64,000 nt of DNA, taken from Eledone cirrhosa. Taxonomy: Eukaryota. Shown here piece after piece: positions 23,901 through 38,900 of the stretch. The first letter of the stretch is position 1. The number at the start of each line of letters is the position of its first letter. Under the pieces are notes generated by a model. The model did no database searches, was not told the origin of the DNA, and saw nothing but the letters and a program-made list of their open reading frames with translations. Both the position numbers and the translations under genes were made by a program. The stretch spans positions 30,628,001 through 30,692,000 of the forward strand of contig OZ024748.1 in the NCBI GenBank assembly GCA_964016885.1, in the 5' to 3' direction.

Positions 23901-26900
23901 GTAAGCATTTGCATTAACAAGTCACATGAAACCACATTAGCAAGACATTTTTTAAAAGTATAAAGCAATACTATAACTCTATCACAATAAAAAATATAGT
24001 TTTTACTTTAATACTGCAAATTTACACAGCAATCTGTCAACTAGTAAAGATACTATAAACGTTTGAAGTAAGTCACATGAAACCACATTAGCAAGACATG
24101 TTTGAAAAGAACAAATCAACACTTTGACTGCATCACTTTAAATATTAAAGTCTTTACTTTAATACTACAAATGTTTGCAATTTGTCCACTAGTAAAGATG
24201 CTATAAACATTTAAACTAACAAACATATTTTTAAATATCTTCTTCTAAATCATTACAAGAAGGTTGAAATGCAATGTTAATCTCAGAAGTTGAAATATAA
24301 GTAAATATCATAAAAGTATTTTGTCTGTTATAACATGGCCAAATGGTTAAAAAATTTGTCTTACAAATGGCTTAGTGATTACAGCATTGGACATAAATAC
24401 CTTGTGGTATTTGTTTTGGTTCTTTGTGTTCTGGTTTCAAATCCTACCAGGGTCAATTTTGCCTTTCATCTTTCATTCTGATTTGATAAATAAACTACCA
24501 AATCCTGGGGTTAATTCTGCCCTCTCAAAAATACATTTTTTCAAATTTATTTTTTCATTTGATGCTCTACAATGATATTTGATGCCCTTCCTATCACCAA
24601 CCACTCTGTGGAGTGGTTGGTGATAGGAAGGGCATCAAGCCATAGAAAGCATGCCAAGCAAAGGGTTGGGAAGACCCTTCAATTGTGTCAAAGACATGAC
24701 AGCCTTCCTAGTGTTGTTGCCATGATAAAATACACCTATTACACTCTGAAGTGGTTGGTGATAGGAAGAGCATACAGCCATAGAAAATATGCCAATCAAA
24801 GTGTTTGGAGGACCCTTCAGTTGTGTCACACATGACAACCTCTCTAATGCTGGTGCCACAATAAAATGTACTTGGTAGAACACGGAAGTATGAGATGTAA
24901 ACCCCCAGCCTGTCTTGGATGTCAGTGATATTACTTCAGTACTGATTCAGTCTGTGAAGACCCATCCAATCCTTGCTAGCAGGGAAGGTAGACTTTAAAT
25001 GATGATGATGATAATTTTAGTATTTTTTTTCTGTGTAATTCTGTAAAATTTGATGTTGCAAACTAACCCCATCCTCCTTCTTTGTGTCTTCCAGCAAAGT
25101 GTGACATTGCATGACATGGTTACTTCTAGTTTGCAGAAGATACGGGTTCGTAGAAGTGATGAACGTTAGTGATATTTTTTAATTATTTTTTAAATGTTTT
25201 TTCTGTTTTGGATGCCTTTCTGTGTATGTGTGTTTGTGTTTTTCTTTGTTCATACGCATGTGTAAACACACACACATACGCATATCATTAGCATTAATTA
25301 ATGTCTGTTGAATGATGATGATGATATACATGAGTGTGTGTGTGTATATATATATACAGGGTGCGGACGATATCTGTTCGCAAGATTACTGTCTAGGAAA
25401 AAGTAACACAGTAGTTTTATTTTTTAAGATTTATTTATCAAACTTGGGTCAGTTTGTCTTCATGACTTGTTCTTTCGATCTCACTCAATAAACCTGCCAT
25501 TGGCTTTGATGACGGCCTCAAGGCGGCCTCCGAACCGGCTACAGGCCTTCGTCACTGTCCCCCGACTTAGCCCCCCAAAGGCACTTGTGATCTGGCCTTC
25601 AGATCGTCTTTCGTATTGCAGCTAGATCTGTTGGTGTCTCGTTCCACTGCGCCCCACACAAAGAAGTCGAGGGGGTTGTAGTCAGGCGAGCGGGGAGGCC
25701 AGATGTCAGGTGAAGTGTGGTCGACGAAGTACTCTGACAGCCAGGCTTGGGTCTTTCGGCTGGTATGGCAGGGCACTGAGTCTTGCTGCCACACGTATGG
25801 CCTACCTGCAGCTACTTGGTCGATCCAGGGCTTTACTACCTCGCTCAGAACGCGGATGTAGCCATCGGTGTTCAGCTTGAGGCCCTCAGGGAAGAAGTGA
25901 GGTGGCATGACGTCACCTTGACTGCTGACGACACCTAAACCAATGTTGTCGCTGGAAACTTTGTCTACATAACTCTTGAGACAGCGAGCCACCTTTTGTT
26001 CTGGGAGTTGATCTTCTGGTCTTATTTGTCCTCTCGGCACAGATTCTAAGAAGAACTCTGTGTCTCTTCCACAAATTTGGAGGTTCAAAATTATTCATAA
26101 TCAATTAGCCTTTGTTGACCTAGAGAAGGCCTTTGATAGGGTACCCCGATCTGTCATTTAGTGGTCCCTAAGGAAGCTAGGTGTTGAGGAATGGCTTGTG
26201 AGGACAGTGCAAACTTTGTACAGAGGTACTCTCAGTAAAGTCAGGGTAGGAATGGAGTTTAGTGAGGAATTCCAGATACAAGTAGGAGTACATCAAGGTT
26301 CGGTCCTCAGCCCGCTCTTGTTCATTATAGTCCTCCAAGCCATAACAGAGGAGTTTAAGACTGGCTGTCCATGGGAACTTCTCTATGCTGACGATCTGGT
26401 TCTTATAGCAGAATCAGTAGAGGAGCTAGAGAATAAATTCTGGCTATGGAAACAGCAGTTGGAAGCAAGAGGACTGAGAGTGAACCTAGCTAAGACAAAA
26501 GTGTTGATGAGTAGAAAAGAGGACAAAACCCTGATTCCGTCAGGAAAATGGCCATGTCCGATATGCAGAAAAGGAACTGGCATAAATTCTATAAAATGCA
26601 CACAATACAGATCCTGGGTACACAAGAGATGTAGCGGGATAGCAGGCAAACTCAAGTAGGGAGAAATATGTATGCAGTAGATGTACAGGGAAATTAGACA
26701 GTAGAAGTTGCATTGATAGACACATTTTTCAAATGCAGGACGGCGCTATAGAAGTGGTGGATAGCTTCTGGTACCTAGGAGATCAGATTAGCATGGGAGG
26801 AGGGTGTTCCGAGGCCATAGTATCTAGAATAAGGACGGGTTGGAAGAAGTTTAGGGAGCTGCTTCCTCTGTTGACGAAGAAGGGTTTCTCCCTGCGTACG

Positions 26901-29900
26901 AAAGGCTGGTTGTATGATGCCTGTGTGAGGAGTGCGATGCTGCATGGTTGTGAGACATGGGCAGCAACTGCAGAGGATATGCGACGGCTGGAGAGAAATG
27001 AGGCAAGCATGCTCCGTTGGATGTGCAGTGTAAATGTGCGTGAACGACCCAGCATAAATGTGTTGGGATAGAATGTAGTGTACGGGAGAGGAGACTGAGG
27101 TGGTATGGACATGTGATGCGCATGGAGGATGACCGATGGGTGAAGAAGTGTCAGGAAATGCCAGTTGAAGGAAGACGTGGTAGAGGTAGACCACGAAAAA
27201 CATGGGCGGAGGTGGTGAGAACAGACCTCAGATCATTGAAGCTCACGGTGGAGATGACGAAGGACCGTGATGAGTGGAGATATGCTGTGCTGAATAAGAC
27301 CCGTCCCACCCTTGCAAGCAGGGAAAAGCGGACGTAAAATGATGATGATGATGATGAATTATTCTGAAAATAAATAATGGAAATATAGTCACTGTTTTTA
27401 TGAAGACAAGAGTGACAACGGAAGTAAAAAAAAATTGCATAAAATTAGCAGTTGAAAATTGCGCACAAATATCATCCGCACCCTGTATATATACAGGGTG
27501 TCCACAAAGTGTTTAGACAATTATATATATATATATATTTGTATAAAATTGTCTAGTGACTTTTGGGACACCCTGTATATATGTGTATATATATATATAT
27601 ATATATAACTCTACAAGTTTATCACATTTACATAGATACATACAGACTGCTACACATATGCATATAAATATGCATGCATATAAACATACATACATATATA
27701 TATATATTGTTATACTTTGTGGGGGGTCATGCTGCTAATAAAAACACACACACCAGATGGTTGTTTATATAACGCATGCACAAACCAAGTACAAAACATA
27801 CAAAAACAAAATGGTGTAGGACAGAACAAAGACGAGACACAAAATAACAAATCAGTCACTGAGGAGGTTACAGAATGTGACATAAGAGCTTTGACAATAA
27901 ATAAACAACCATTCAGTTATTGAATCAATCAACTGGAAATTTGTAATAAATTGAAGGGAAAAACCAACAGGTGCGAGTGTTTTTATTGGTAGCATGACTC
28001 TCCCAAAGTATAACAATCTGTTTCAGTATGCGTTTTCAGATAGGAAATCTTGCAAAACCAATTCAAAAATGAAATACATATATATTTGTAGATATAGGAT
28101 ACTAGTGCCCAAAGGATACTAGCTCCTTCTACTGCCCAGATGGTTCTATAGAAATAGTGAACACTTTCCGTTACCTGGGTGACAAAATCAACAGTGGTGG
28201 TGGGTGCTCTGAAAGTACAGTAGCCAGAGTTAAAACGGGATGGGAAAAGTTCAGCGAGCTAATACGACAGGTTTCTGTCTAAAAATGAAAGGCAGATTGT
28301 ATGATGCTTGTATACGAACATCAATGTTACATGGCAGTGAGACATGGGCATTGTGTGCAGAGGACCTGTGCAGATTGGAAAGGAACAAAACATGCATGCT
28401 ACATTGGATACACGAACGGCAAAACGTAAACAAACTAAGTGAGAAATTAGTAATAAGAGGGATCAGATGCTGTTTACTTGAGAGAAAATTACGTTGGTAT
28501 GGTCACGTGATGCGCATGAAAGACGACAGCTGTATAAAAAAGTGCAGGGCAATCAAAATTGATGGAAGTTACAGAGTAGGTAGACCCAGAAAAACCTGGG
28601 ACGATCTGATAAATTCCGACCTTGCACGCTCACACCTCTCGAAGACAATGTCACTAGATCAAGCTCTTTGGCGCCATGCAGTACCCGCCTTCCCTACGTA
28701 CAAATTTAGCCTACAGTCAGTAGGCCCCTCCAAACCAAATATACACCTCAACCCACTACCCCTACTCCATCCTTCCACTCCCACCAACACTACCCTTTCT
28801 CGGTAAAGTTATGTTGGTACCACAATACTCATTTTATAACATCAAAGAGGAAGAAAAACATCCCAGGTATTCTAACCAACCTGACTGCTATTTCTAGCAG
28901 GTTGGGAAATACCCATAAGAGATTCTCTTGGTGCGTGAGTTGTCAGCGATACTCGTATTTTATGGTCAACATCTCCGTGGATTTGAATGCTGGTTTACGC
29001 ATGCACACACACACACTCACACACACAATTATCTATATAGAGAGATGTTTATTGGTTGGCAGCAATTTTAGCACTAAAAAATAATTGTTTCTACTTTTGG
29101 CACAAGGCCAGCAATACCCCAGTACATTACTGGTACTTTATTTTATCGACCCCGTAAGGATGAAAGGCAAAGTTAACCCCGGCGGGATTTGAACTCAATG
29201 GCAAGGGTCGTAACTCTATGCTGCAAAGCATGGTGTCCAACCCTCTACCGATACTGCCAATCCTAAAAAATAATGTGGTATATCAGATCAACCAATGCCT
29301 ACTGGATATGCTCCCAGAGGAGCTTCATACATATGTCTTCCTTGGCAAAGTTGAAGAGGATGATGAAGCTGTTAATTATCTTGTAGAGTTCCTTAAATAA
29401 TCTGGAACTTCCTGGACTTCCTTCACATCACAAATTGATGCTAAAGATTGGAAAGCCCATCACTGTTTTGAGAAACCTGGACCCACCACATCTATGCAAT
29501 GGCACACATTTAACAGTTGGGTGGATGATGATCATCTCTCAGAGGTCACTCTTCTTAGAAGCAATCATCAAGGGAAAAATGCATTTATTCCCAACATCCT
29601 TATATCACTTCCTCTACTGATCTGCCATTCAAATTCTCAAGATTTCAGTTCCCTGTCGGAGCCAGTTTTGCTATGACCATAAATAAATCTCAGGGTTAGA
29701 GTCTCAAAGTTATAGAATTGAATATTTTTATCCATATGTAGGTTGTTCATAATGGGAACACCTAGAAGTCTTCATATACTATGCATGAACGGTAAAATGA
29801 AGAATCAGGTGTTTCTGGAAGTTTTTTTACTGTTTTGTTTTTGTAACACATTTTCTGAGGATATTTTTGAAATGTAATTACCATGTTTGTCAACATAATT

Positions 29901-32900
29901 AATTAATTAATTGGCAAATTGTTATACATAACTACAATTGCATTTCAATAAATTGAAACAATCGCGAAAATGAATAAATGATTTGAACTCCATCACGCTT
30001 TTGGTTCATTACCTGAACTGTATATCTATCTATCTATCTATCTATTATTGTATGTAAACTTCCCCCTTTGTATTTGTCCCCTTCTTTTGTGCCCCTGTGG
30101 CTAATAAAGAAATATATCTATCTATCTATATATACATACATAGATTTATATATATGTATATGTCTCATTGTAGGGTTTGATGAAGTTGATACCAATATGT
30201 TGGTGCCAGGTGATGTGATAGCCATCCCAGCCCATGGCTGTGTCTTACAATGTGATGCTGTCTTGATTACTGGAACCTGTATAGTTAATGAAAGCATGCT
30301 AACTGGTAAGTGTCAGGGGTCTGACCCTCCCACCCCAAACTCTCGCCTCTCTAACGTTTCATTCTTTTCTTCCTTGTACTTGTTGTTTTTGTGGTGGGGG
30401 TGGTATATATATAGTAGTGAAAGAGTGAGGACTAAGGATGGGGAAGGAGTAGATAGATAGAGAATAAAAAGTGAAAAGGGCAGTGATGATATATGGGTGA
30501 TTACGGTCTGGCAGACTGATTGTTTTATCGTAATGGAGGTGATGCAGTTATAGAGAGAGTGAAAGAAATGTTGGGAGATTCATGATGTTGATTTAATGAT
30601 CAGTTGGTTGGTTGACAGCTAATAACAGTGGAGTGGTGTGGAGCTAGTACCTGGGTGGTTCTGACTGAATTCCGAGATTGCTGGATCAAGTCATGCCGGT
30701 TGTAGTTTGAAGTTAGAGAACTTGGTGGCTGCTTGTGTCTACAGAAAATTGATCGTTCTATCTTGTTGTTAAGCAGCATTTTATCATACTTTAAAATATG
30801 GAGCAGCTCCATATTGCAAAGTCTGCAGTGGGACATTCCATTATTGTAGGCCCTTGCACTCGATAACTTCAACCAGCTAATCTCGTATTCCTGGTTGATG
30901 TCCTTAAGCTGCCAGATCTTATTGGCTAGCGTCGTTGAGTTCTCTAGTCTACGTTTTTTTATAGAATGCCTATGCACATAGCATCTTTTTTTTAAAATCC
31001 CCAGCTGTAGAACCTATGTAGTGCCATGCTAAGTTGCCTGATTTGATAGTACACAGGTACACTATACTTGATTCTAGGCATCTATTTTGTAGTGGGCACT
31101 TATCAGGCAGGTGGCAGTTACATTTGGAGGCCTTCCTTTGTGCAGGTTCTCCGTTGCGGTTTTGTATGTTGTTAGGGATGGGTTGAGATTTAGGTTTATT
31201 GATGTTTTGTTGCGATGTGCCCTGATGTGTGGGTGGTTGTGATGTTGTTATGTGTTTGCGTTTTGTATTTGGTGTTATGGTGTATGTTGGTAGATTACTT
31301 TCCTTAGAGATTCTTTTATAGTTGATTTTATGTATGTGTGATTCTATGTTGGCTCCAGTAGAGTACATCTACAGACATACACATATACACATCTACACAT
31401 GCACATATGTATACACATCTACTCAAGTATTTAAGTTCACATACGCATTGGGGTGGGGAAGAGGGAATTAATGAAATGTTAGTGTACCCCCGAGGGTTGT
31501 TCTTCTCTTCAACGATGTATATATATATATATGCATTTGAGCCAGGATAGCAATTTTAGTTCAAATATTTTTTTAGCCAGTCCCCCTTAAACTTGTTTTT
31601 TGGGTAAATTTTGTCATTCCACTGGAGTTAGCTTTGCTTTTCATTCTTACAGGGTCAATAAAATAAAGCAAAAGTAATGCACTGGGGTCATTTTAATCGA
31701 CTTTCTCCAATTAGAAACTCTTATTGTTATCATTTATTTAGGTGAAAGTGTTCCAGTGACAAAGACTCAGTTAAGTGGCCATGACAATGAAATTTATTCC
31801 CCAACCATCCACAAGAAATACACACTCTTTGCTGGCACCAACGTCCTTCAGACCAGATACTACGGCCAAGCCAAAGTTTTGGCAGTGGTCGTTAGAACAG
31901 GTTAGTAGTATTACTCTATTGTTGACGAGGACTTCATTAACCATCCTTGTCTATATATATCATCATCAACTTATTTTATTTTCAGGTTTCAACACTGCAA
32001 AAGGTGAATTGATAAGAGCCATCTTATTTCCCAAACCACTTGGTTTTAAGTTCTACAACGATGCTCTCAAGTTTGTGCTGTTTCTCTGTGTAGTGGCCAT
32101 ATGTGGAATGGCCTACAGTACTTATACCAACTTGATACATCATGTAAGTAACTCACTTTATTTAGAACCTACCTGACACATCAACACATACTTAACAGTA
32201 TACACATATACATACACAGCAACAGTATACTTATGCATACATACACACCAACAGTATACATACACACCAACAGTATACATGCACACACCCATATACATAG
32301 CCATAGTATACATATGCACATACATACCCCAACTTTCACAACACACATATACACACACCAACTTGCACTACACACACACACAGATACGCACACACCCAAC
32401 ACACATATGCATCAAAACACACACACACACACAACACACAGATGTCAATGCATGCTCACTAATACGCACACACCACTACACACATACACATCAACACACA
32501 CACACAAACATCAATATACAAGTGTAATTGAGATTTACTGAAAGCAGAAAGTCACAACACCCCTGGGTCAATAATCAAACAACTATATGCTTGTTTGATC
32601 TGTTAGAAATAACATCCAGATTTCTTAGGAAGGACACTGATTTCTTATAAAGTTATTTTACCTTCTAATTTCACCCATAGGTCTCAAAATTTACAGACTC
32701 AACCAACCCATACAAGCTTAGAAAAACATAGTTTCTTTTAGAAAGAATTCTTAGTTATTTTAACTTAAAACTTCAAGTGTATGTTTCAAAATTTACAAAC
32801 CCAACTAACCCATGCCAGCATGGAAAAAAATATATAGCTTTTTTTAGAAAGAATTTTTAGTTGTTATTTTATCTTTTAATTTATAGTTTCAAATTTGCAG

Positions 32901-35900
32901 ACCCAGTCAACTTGTGTCATCATAGAAAAACACAGTCTTTTTAAAAAGAATTCTAAGTTATTTTACCTTTTAATATCTCAAAATTTGCAGACACATCCAA
33001 CTCATTCACAAATAGAAAAATAGAACATAAAGTTACTATTTTGTTTTTGTTTCTTTATCTCATTACAGCTCCCTTTCTCTAAAATCATCATACGAGCCCT
33101 AGATATTATCACAATTGTTGTGCCCCCAGCTCTACCTGCTGCCATGACTGTTGGAACAGTATATGCCCAGAATCGGCTGAAAAAGAGAGGCATTTTTTGT
33201 ATCAGTCCTCCAAGGATTAACTTCTGTGGCAAGTTGGATCTCATTTGTTTTGACAAGGTAGTCTATTTTAAAAAAAAAAAAAATCTTTTTGGTACACATC
33301 ATCATCATCATCATTGTCATCATCATCGTCTATTTTTCCAAGCTAGCATGTGTTAGATGAGTTATCTCAGTGTGAGACAAATCAGATCAGGTGACCATGT
33401 CTTGCTCATATAGAGCTCTTTCTGGCTTGGTTTCTACGGTTGGATGGCATTCTTAATGAAATCCCACACAGCTTGAACTTGGTGCATTTTATTGTGGCAC
33501 CAACTGTGCTTCACAGTTGGTGTTAATATATGTTTGGTACTGACTGTTAATATAATTGGTACCAACTGTTAAGATATGTTTGGTACTGACTGTTAAGATA
33601 TGTTTGGTACTGACTGTTAATATAATTGGTACCAACTGTTAAGATATGTTTGGTACTGACTGTTAAGATATGTTTGGTACTGACTGTTAAGATATGTTTG
33701 GTACTGACTGTTAAGATATGTTTGGTACTGACTGTTAAGATATGTTTGGTACTGACTTAAGATATGTTTGGTACTGACTGTTAAGATATGTTTTTAGCAT
33801 CTAACTGTTAATATTTGTTGTTTTTAGTAACAGACTGTTAATATCTGTTTTCACTATCTAACTGTTGTTAATATGTTTTTGGTGACAGACTGTTAATATC
33901 TGTTTCAGTATCTAACTGTTAATATCTGTTTTAGTATCTAACTGTTAATATCTGTTTTAATATCTAACTGTTAATATCTGTTTTAGTATCTGGCTGTTAA
34001 TATCTGTTTTCGTATCTGACTGTTAGTATCTGTTTTAGTATTTGACTGTTAATATCTGTTTTAGTATCTGACTTTTAATATCTGTTTTTAGTATCTCACT
34101 GTTAATATCTGTTTTTAGTATCTCACTGTTAATATCTGCTTTAATGTCTAACTTAGTATCTGTTTTTAGTATCTAACTGTTAATATCTGTTTTTAGTAAC
34201 AGACTGTTAATATTCATTTTAGTATCTAACTGTTAATATCTGTTGTTTTTAGTAACAGACTGCTAATATCTGGGGGGCTTTAACATCTAACTGTTACTAT
34301 CTGTTTTTTTAGTATCTTGTTGCTAATATCTGTTTTTTTTTAGTATCTGGTTGTTAATGTCTGTTTTTTTAAAGTAACTGACTGTTGATATCTATTTTTT
34401 AAGCATCTAACTGTTAATATTTTTTTTACTTTGTTTTTAGCATTTGTTGATTAATATTCATTTGTTTCAATTTATCATTATCTGTGTATTAGTACCTGTG
34501 TTAGTATTTATTTATTAGTATCTGTCACTGTCTAACTATTAGTACCTGTCTGTTTGTGTCTGTGCCAATTTGGAAATCATCATTATCATCATCATCATCG
34601 TTTAACGTCCATATTCCACACTTGCATGGGTTTGGACGGGAGTTTTCCCACTTGAGGCAAGAGTGGTTGTCTTGCTCGCATAGGACTGTCTGGCAGGTTT
34701 TCTATGGCTGGATGCTCTTCCTAACACCAACCACATTTACAGTGTGGAACTGGGAGGTTTTTACCGTGTTACCTACACGGCCACATTTACAGCGTGGACT
34801 GTGTGTTTTTTTGTCGTGACACCTACACGACCTCATTTGTTTCAGGCTGGATGTTGTGACACCAACATAACTTTACATTGAAAGGGGTGGTGTGGATGGG
34901 GTGGGGGTAGTGGGACGGGCGTGTATTTTGTTAGAGGTGCCTACTGACTGTAGTAGGTTTTACTTTGTATTTAGGTAAGGCGGGTCTTCTCTATTACTGT
35001 GTACCGCCAAAGATCTCGGTCCAGTGACATTGTCTTAGAGAGGTGTAAGTGTGTGAGGTGGGAATTTATCAAGTCATCCCAGGTTTTTCTGGGTCTGCCT
35101 ACTCCGTGGCTACCGTCTATTTTTATTGCCCTGCACTTTTTTATACAGCTGTCGTCTTTCATGCGCATCACGTGACCATACCAACGTAGTCTTCTCTCGA
35201 GTAAACAGCATCTGATCCCTCTTATTTCTAATTTTTCCCTTAGTTCGTTTATGCTTTGCTGTTCACGTATATTACTATTACACATCCAGCGGAGCATGCA
35301 AGCTTCATTCCTCTCTAGTCTGCGTATATCCTCTGCACACAATGTCCAGGTCTCACTGCCATGCAACATTGCTGTTCGTATGCAGGCATCATACAGCCTG
35401 CCTTTCATTTTTAGGGAGAACCCTTTAGCGGCTAATAGTGGTATAAGCTCTCTGAACTTTTTCCATCCAGTTCTGACTCTAGCTACTGTACTCTCAGAGC
35501 ACCCTCCCCCACTGCTGATTTTATCACCCAGGTAACGGAAGCTGTCCACTATTTCTATAGAACCATCTGTGCAATTGAAAGAGCTAGTATTTTGTGGGCA
35601 CTTGCTGCTACTTATTGCACCAGAACACAGGCCACATATAAAATCTATGTTCTTAGTTAGCTTACCTGTGATCCCACTACATCTTTTATGCACCCATACA
35701 TTGCATTTGGGACATAAAATGGAGTTTCTACCTACGCCTTTCCTACACACTGAGCATGGCCATTTCCCGGATGGGACCGGCGCCCTATTTTCCTTCCTAC
35801 AAACTAGAACTTTAGTCTTAGACAGGTTAATTTTAAGGCCTTTTGATTCTAGGCCATGCTTCCATGTTTGGAATTTCTTCTCTAGTTTGGCCATTGATTC

Positions 35901-38900
35901 AGCTATGAGCGTTAGATCATCTGCGTATAGGAGTTCCCATGGGCAGCCGGTCTTGAACTCCACTGTTATAGCCTGAAGGGCAATAATAAATAGTAGGGGG
36001 CTAAGAACGGAGCCCTGATGAACACCAACTTTTACGCTAAACTCTTCACTATATTCGTTGTTAATTCTAACCTTGCTGACTGTTTCTTTATACATGGCTT
36101 GTATAGCTCTCACAAGCCATTCATCAACACCTAGTTTTCTAAGAGCCCACCAGATAATGGAACGGGGGACTCTGTCGAAGGCTTTCTCCAAGTCGACAAA
36201 AGCTAAGTATAGGGGTTTACTTTTAGCTAGGTACTTCTCCTGTAGTTGTCGTACAATGAAAAGAGCGTCTGTGGTACTTTTGCCTGACACAAACCCGAAC
36301 TGCATTTCATCTAGATCAATTCTCTCTCTGATTAGTTGCGCTATTACTTTTTCTGTGACCTTCATGACCTGGTCGATTAATTTAATGCCTCTATAGTTAC
36401 TCCTATCTAGGGCATCTCCTTTACCCTTGTAGCAGTTAATGATGATGCTGCTACGCTAGTCCTTCGGAACAACCCCATTCTGTATGACTTGGTTTACTAT
36501 CCGGGTGACCATGGTGTGTTCCACCATTCCAGAAGCTTTCAGCATTTCAGCAACTATTTCCGAAGGCCCAGCCGCCTTACCCGTCTTCATATCTTTGATT
36601 GCTTTACTTATTATACTACCTTCGACTAACACTGCTGGTCTCTCTATTGGGTCGATGTGGGGGAGACTGTCTTTCTCCCATTTATTCTCCTCATTTAGTA
36701 GCCTTTCGTAGTGACACTTCCAAGCTACCTTCTTATCAGCGTCAGTGATGGCAAGTACACCATCATCATTAAGTACACACTTCTCCCCGACAATATCACG
36801 GTTTTCCTTGACACATTGCCTAACAATCCTGAACACCTCACGTTTTTGGTCCTCGCGTTGTAGAACATGCTTGAACTTTCTTTCCTCTGCTTCCCTTCTT
36901 GCGAAGTACACTTGTCTCCTAGCTTCCCTCCTGGCCTCCTTCCCTCATCCCGCCATCCTTTCCAAGCCTGCTTTTTGGCCTTAATTGACTCCTCCACCTT
37001 ACTGTTCCACCACCATGTTACTCTCCTCCTGCCTATAGGCCTGCTCCAGCCACAGACTTCGTCTGCCGCCATCAGCAGGTTTGCTTTCAGGAATTCCCAC
37101 TGTTCCTCTATATTGTACGACTCTAAATGCTCTTCCTTACTGTCGAAAGCATCAAGTAATATGCTTTTAAATTTATTTCTGGCTGTGGGTCCTTTAGCTT
37201 CCATATTTTTCTCCTGAGGATAGTCCTTTTCTGCTGTCGAGTACGTCTCGTCCTGACTATGAGGTCGCTAATTATCAGTCTATGTTGGGAGGTGCATTCT
37301 TCATGGGGGAGGGATTTAATGTTTACAACAGACACTCTGTCACGTCTTCTGGTAAGGATATAATCTACCTGGCTGTTATGTTCCCCTGATCTGTAGGTGA
37401 TCAAGTGATTGTCTCGTTTTTTGAAGTTAGTGTTACAGATAGTTAGGTTATTTGCGTCACAGAATTCCAGGATTCTGGAGTCTTCCTCATTTCTAGTACC
37501 AAACCCATAGCCTCCGTGGATTCCATCATAGCCATCACAATGTTGTCCAATGTGACCATTTAGGTCGCCAGCAATAATTATATAGTCACTGTCGGTTATT
37601 TGGGAGGTAGTGAGCATCAGTGTCTCATAGAAACTGTCTTTTATAGCGCGAGGCAGTCCGGATTGGGACGCGTACGCAGATATTACCGTCACACTAGTTC
37701 TATTTAGAACAAGTCTTATTTTAATTATTCTGTCATTCACTCTATTTACGTCTATTATCTTATCTACCCATTTTTCTGCTAACATGATTCCTACGACCAC
37801 CCAGCCCATTGTCATTTCCCACCCAGAAAAGCTTATAGCATCGTTTTTTACCCACAATAAATCTAGGAGACCCGCCCCTCCACCTGGTCTCTTGGATACA
37901 GCAAACATCAACCTCCTTACGTTCAAGCATTTCTACAACCTCGTTAGAGCGGCCTTTTAAGGTGCCTACATTCATGGTACCAACTCTGAAGTTTTGGATT
38001 GCGTTTGGTAGGGAGGGGTGAGGGGGATGGGGTTGGGGTTATGTTGGCGATCTGCGGCTGCAACAAAGAGGAGGGGGCCTTGCCCTTTCGTCCGGCAGCA
38101 TGAGGTGAATTTGTCGTTATCTTTGGCATTGTCTTCGAGTGTCCAGATTCTTCAGACTCTCCAGAAATTCCTTAGTCCATCCATCATATCGAAAAGCAAC
38201 CAGAAGTGATAGCATAGGCCGTTGACTTGTGATTGGTCCAAATAATAAAGGTGGAGAGTGGGGGCGGGGTATGGGGTAGTTAGCGAGGAGCAAGCTTATT
38301 TATATTTGGTGCGAGTAGGGAGTGAGAGAGAGATTGAGAGAGCGATGTATATGATAGAGCATTATCATTATTATTATTATTGCTCTCTCACTCAGTGCAG
38401 TTGGATAATGCACCGGGGTATTTAGTCATCTGTCAAGGACCTCTGACAGATACTACATTCCTCAAAATGTGTTCAGTACCTAGCAAAGCCACCTTTTGTA
38501 TGACACCTCACTTGTATGGTCTTCTCAGTCGCTTTAAGAAGTCTTGAAGTTTCAATGGGATTGACCCTAATGCCCCGATCACAACTGGTATCACTTTCAC
38601 AATACCGTCTCTCATTTTAAACAGTCTAGCCATCTCCAATTTCAATTCAGAGTACTTAGTGATATTTTTAATCTCCTTACTTGTAATATTTGTGTCATTT
38701 GGTACGGCCATGTCAATGATCTGATAGTATTTGTCTTTATTGTTCAACATGACAATGACTGGTCGGCGATGCTTAATTACTCTATCAGTTTGGAAATCAT
38801 AATGCCAGAATATCATTGCTTTCTTATCATCCTGTATTACTTTACAAGGCACATGTTCATACCAATTCTGTATGACTTCATATTAGTATTTACGACACAG

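Noticed and set aside
27854-27895. Hammerhead-like GTCA-CTGAGGA...TGAC; similar remnants at 666-680, 43330-43360 and 47205-47245
   Set aside because: The GAAA or CUGANGA half of the core is mutated or missing; at most decayed Penelope termini
38130-38359. HDV-like ribozyme expected at some RTE 5' ends
   Set aside because: Could not identify the nested double-pseudoknot pairings by eye
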